Shown piece after piece: positions 61,006 through 64,000 of a DNA stretch of 64,000 nucleotides. How positions within the stretch are numbered: the first letter of the stretch is position 1; every line of letters starts with the position of its first letter. The notes under the pieces were generated by a model. It did no database searches, was not told the DNA's origin, and saw nothing but the letters and a program-made list of their open reading frames with translations. Both the position numbers and the translations under genes were made by a program. Source of the stretch: Podarcis muralis (lineage: Eukaryota); NCBI RefSeq assembly GCF_964188315.1, contig NC_135668.1, forward strand, positions 34,844,001 through 34,908,000, written 5' to 3'.

Positions 61006-61984
61006 TTCTGAAGGCGGGCGGGGGGCGAAAGTCTTTGTCCCCCCTGCCTGCCTTCCCAGGGGCTTTTAAATCGCCTCGGACAGCGGAGAAGTCCTCCGCT
61101 GTCCCGGGGTTTTTTAAAATGCTGGGGGTGGGAAGAAAAGCCCTTGTCCCCCCCCCCCCAGCCTTCAGAAGAGGTCCGGGGACAGACTGTCCCCGGACCT
61201 GGTCTGAAGGCGGTTTCCCTAGGAACGCATTAATTGATTTTCAATGCATTCCTATGGGGAACCGTGCATCGCAAGACGAAAAAACCGCAAGACGAAGAGA
61301 CTTGCGGAACGAATTAATTTCGTCTTGCGAGGCACCACTGTATTAACATTATAATGCAGAAAATTGCCATGTGAAAATGAGTATATGGGGGGGGGTGCAT
61401 ATAAAACTTTCAAGATTTTGCACTAAAATGCTGATGAATTTCTATGAGGACTTTCTAAAATATATTTTTTTAATCACGTAATGATGTGGAAATGTGGAGA
61501 ACTGAACGCAAGAAGCAGAAAAAGAAGAAGGTGATAGAAGCTGAACTTAACAGATCCACCAACTGTTTGTGTGGCTCAGTGTCTTTGCGCTGGGGGGAAT
61601 CACGATTGCACTTGCTTGTTCAATAGCTCTGACTTTATATACAGTGTTTTTAGGATTGCAGATTAAAAGTTCTGATAGTGATGAAGCTTGAAGATGGGAT
61701 TTCATGGATCACAGCATTGGCACTTAGCCAGCACTGGAATTATTTCAAAGGTTGGTATGGATGGGCATCTGCAAAGGGCCTCTACTGGTTGCACTATGAG
61801 TTCTAGGTTACAGCTTGGCATTGTCTGCAATGACTGGCAGCAACTCTTCAACTCTGCAGCCAAGTGACAAGAGGCCCCTGGACCTGTTGCAGGGAGGAGG
61901 ACCTGTCATATGGGAACAGATTTGTTTGTATCTAGTCCTCAGACCACCCTGATTTTAATTTATAAGTAGAAAAGAAAGCTGGTC

Positions 61985-62085
61985 CAACTAGTTCAGTATT
62001 ATTTATGCTGAAGATGCTAGGGGTTGAACCTTGCACTCTCTGCATGTAAAACAGATGCTGTACCCCTGGGATATGGTCCTTCCTT
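61985..62085 (-). mobile_element. tRNA-derived SINE fragment
   Basis: gaagatgctaggggttgaaccttgcactctctgcatg. Confidence 0.6.
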
Positions 62086-62184
62086 ATGGGGAAGAAATGG
62101 CAAGGACTTGTCAGATCAAGCGGGTGATTCAGGACACACTGGAAGATTCAGGTCTGATGAAGAAAGGCACTTTTTGACATAACA

Positions 62185-62475
62185 TAGTTTAACTATGGAA
62201 TTTGCTCAAACAAGAGGTAGTGATGGCCAGCAACTTGAATGGCTTTAAAAGAAAATGTATGAAGTATATGGCTATCAGTGGCTGCAAATCAAGACGACTA
62301 TGTTTCCCCTCCACAATCTGAAGCAGTGCACCTCTGAATACTAGTTCCTGGGAATCACAAGTAAGGAGAGCACTGGGCACTCCGGTCCTGCTTATGGGCT
62401 TTTCAGAGGAATCTGGTCGACTGCTACAAAAACAGGTTAGCCTTTGGCCTGATCCAGCAGGGCTCTTCCTTTGGC
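62185..62475 (+). mobile_element. CR1 3' tail
   Basis: catagtttaactatggaattt...gtgatggccagcaacttgaatggctttaaaag...ggcctgatccagcagggctcttc. Confidence 0.75.
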
Positions 62476-63599
62476 CTTAACAATTCTGATTTTAATCTGG
62501 ATGAAAATCAATCACACAAATACCTGGAAGAAGCAATAGCCCACCAGCAGCAGGACACCTTTGTATGTCCACTAACACCATTATGACCCTGAACATATAC
62601 ACAAGTCTTTAGCTGCAGCACCTCTGGATGCTTGGCTTCCTTCCTTCTGTTATCTGATTCAAAATGCAAAGAGTGCCCCGAACAAGAAGGAACTCCAAAC
62701 AGCCCTTTTCTTGCAATTCAGAAGCACTACTACCCTTTTTTTTTTTTTTTACAATTTAGACACACTAATAGTTCATCATGCAATTCAAAATCACTCCCTC
62801 TTTCAGAATACTAGGCCACTAAGATGAAACAATCTACTCCTTCAGAGGGCTCCTTAAACAAAACAGAACGGAAAGGTGGCAGCTCGTTCAGCATCCATGG
62901 CCACACAAAAGGGCAACATCTTTTCTACTGCCAGTAAGGCACATTATTCTGTAAATACCATTGAAGAACAGGCGCCTGCAGGAAACCAAAGAGGAGAATA
63001 AGAGGAGGAAGCCAAAACCCCAAGCTCTTACACTGACCTGCCTCTCATTTCCCAAAGCATGTTGCAAACTTCTTTAACTGATATTATATTCTTAGCATTA
63101 TTATTACCACCTGCTCTCCTCTCCTTTCCAATCCTGGCATTTAGAAGAAAGGAGACACTTCACTAAAATGTTTTCATGCTATTGTGGCTGAGAAGTGACC
63201 CTGTTTGACATCGCTGTAGTCAAAATGTCCTAGGTAGCTATTATTCAGAGTGAGAAACACACAGCGCTTGATCTCTTAAACAGCCACTTCACATTAGGCT
63301 GCTCATAGGAGAGTGAGAGGGTGGGGAAGGGAAGGGAGGGAGCTCAAATGGTTCAAGAATGAACTCCAGAAGACATTTAATAATATATAGTTAACACCCA
63401 ACTTTACGTTTTACTTCAGAGGAAGACCTGAAGGTTTATCTACAAATATAAAGCAACCTGGTTCCTGTTAATTAAAAGAAACAGGAGGTCACTCATTAAG
63501 GGCTTGTCCACACTTCTGCTTGTCCCATGCCTAGAATGGGCAGGTCTGAGCAGTTTTCCACTTGACCCAGGCTTTTTACGTGGAAATCCCAAGTGGTTT

Positions 63600-63860
63600 T
63601 CTCCAACCCTCTTTTAAATTCACCCAAGTGGGTGGCCATCACTGCCTTCTCTAGGGGTGAGTTCCATAGTTGAACTGTGTGCTGTGTGAAAAAGTAACTT
63701 TTGAATAACATTGCATTATTTAGGGGCAGATAAAGAAGAGCAGGCATAAGGTCCAAACACATGAACAAGGGAATGAAAACATAAAAAAGAGCCTTGCTTG
63801 GCATATCTAGTCCAGTATCCTCTTCTAAGAATGGCCAGCCTGATGCCTAGGGGAAGCTGG
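63600..63860 (-). mobile_element. Rearranged CR1 3' fragments
   Basis: ggtggccatcactgcc...gagttccatagttgaactgtgtgctgtgtgaaaaagtaac and atctagtccagtatcc motifs. Confidence 0.55.
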
Positions 63861-64000
63861 AATGCTTCAAAGAATAATAGAACTGTAGAGTTGGAAGGGA
63901 CCCCAGTAGTCATTTGTTGCATGCAGCAACTTTTTGGTTCTGCTGCATTCTGTCCAAACACTATGTTATCTGTCTCACACTCCATTTGGGAGAAGTTACA

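Larger units (their letters stand above)
59587..61340. mobile_element. 1,754-bp non-autonomous Tc1/mariner-type (Tigger-like) element with internal minisatellites
   Basis: TA-flanked; TIR cagtggtaccccgcaagacgaa / ttcgtcttgcgaggcaccactg; subterminal cgcaagacg repeats at both ends; no transposase ORF. Confidence 0.92.

Noticed and set aside
60300-61346. Longest ORFs in the track (234, 232, 211 and 180 aa)
   Set aside because: Translations of the stop-free 60-bp minisatellite (20-aa periodicity) on both strands inside a non-autonomous TE.

Overview
Vertebrate, not microbial, DNA. The repeat content (Sauria/Squam1 SINE, Squam3-like SINE, tRNA-Ala-headed SINE, CR1, L2, Penelope-like, hAT and Tc1/mariner-type MITEs) points to a squamate, most likely a lacertid lizard. 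I could not recognise any protein-coding gene, rRNA, true tRNA gene or CRISPR array. The window looks like a large intron or gene-desert segment with two assembly gaps (24166-24313, 44109-44319). Transposon debris, often nested, alternates with repeat-free blocks rich in TALE/Hox (Pbx, Meis), Fox, RFX and NF-kB motifs, i.e. probable enhancers. There is one small CpG-rich promoter-like island with a Kozak ATG (about 35.0-35.3 kb). The only ORF I can assign to a family is an L2 LINE ORF2 remnant; the longest ORFs in the track are minisatellite artefacts. Most interesting unexplained items: (1) a ~95-bp element present twice, 2,050 bp apart, with an invariant 22-mer and unrelated flanks (12589-12686, 14641-14732); (2) a 1.75-kb TA-flanked TIR element inflated by two internal hairpin/G-rich minisatellites (59587-61340); (3) repeated insertion of Tc/mariner-type MITEs into one host repeat family; (4) a second 52-bp duplicated module with inverted CCAAT boxes. 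Repeat family names come from recalled consensus features, not a database search, and boundaries of old repeats are approximate.
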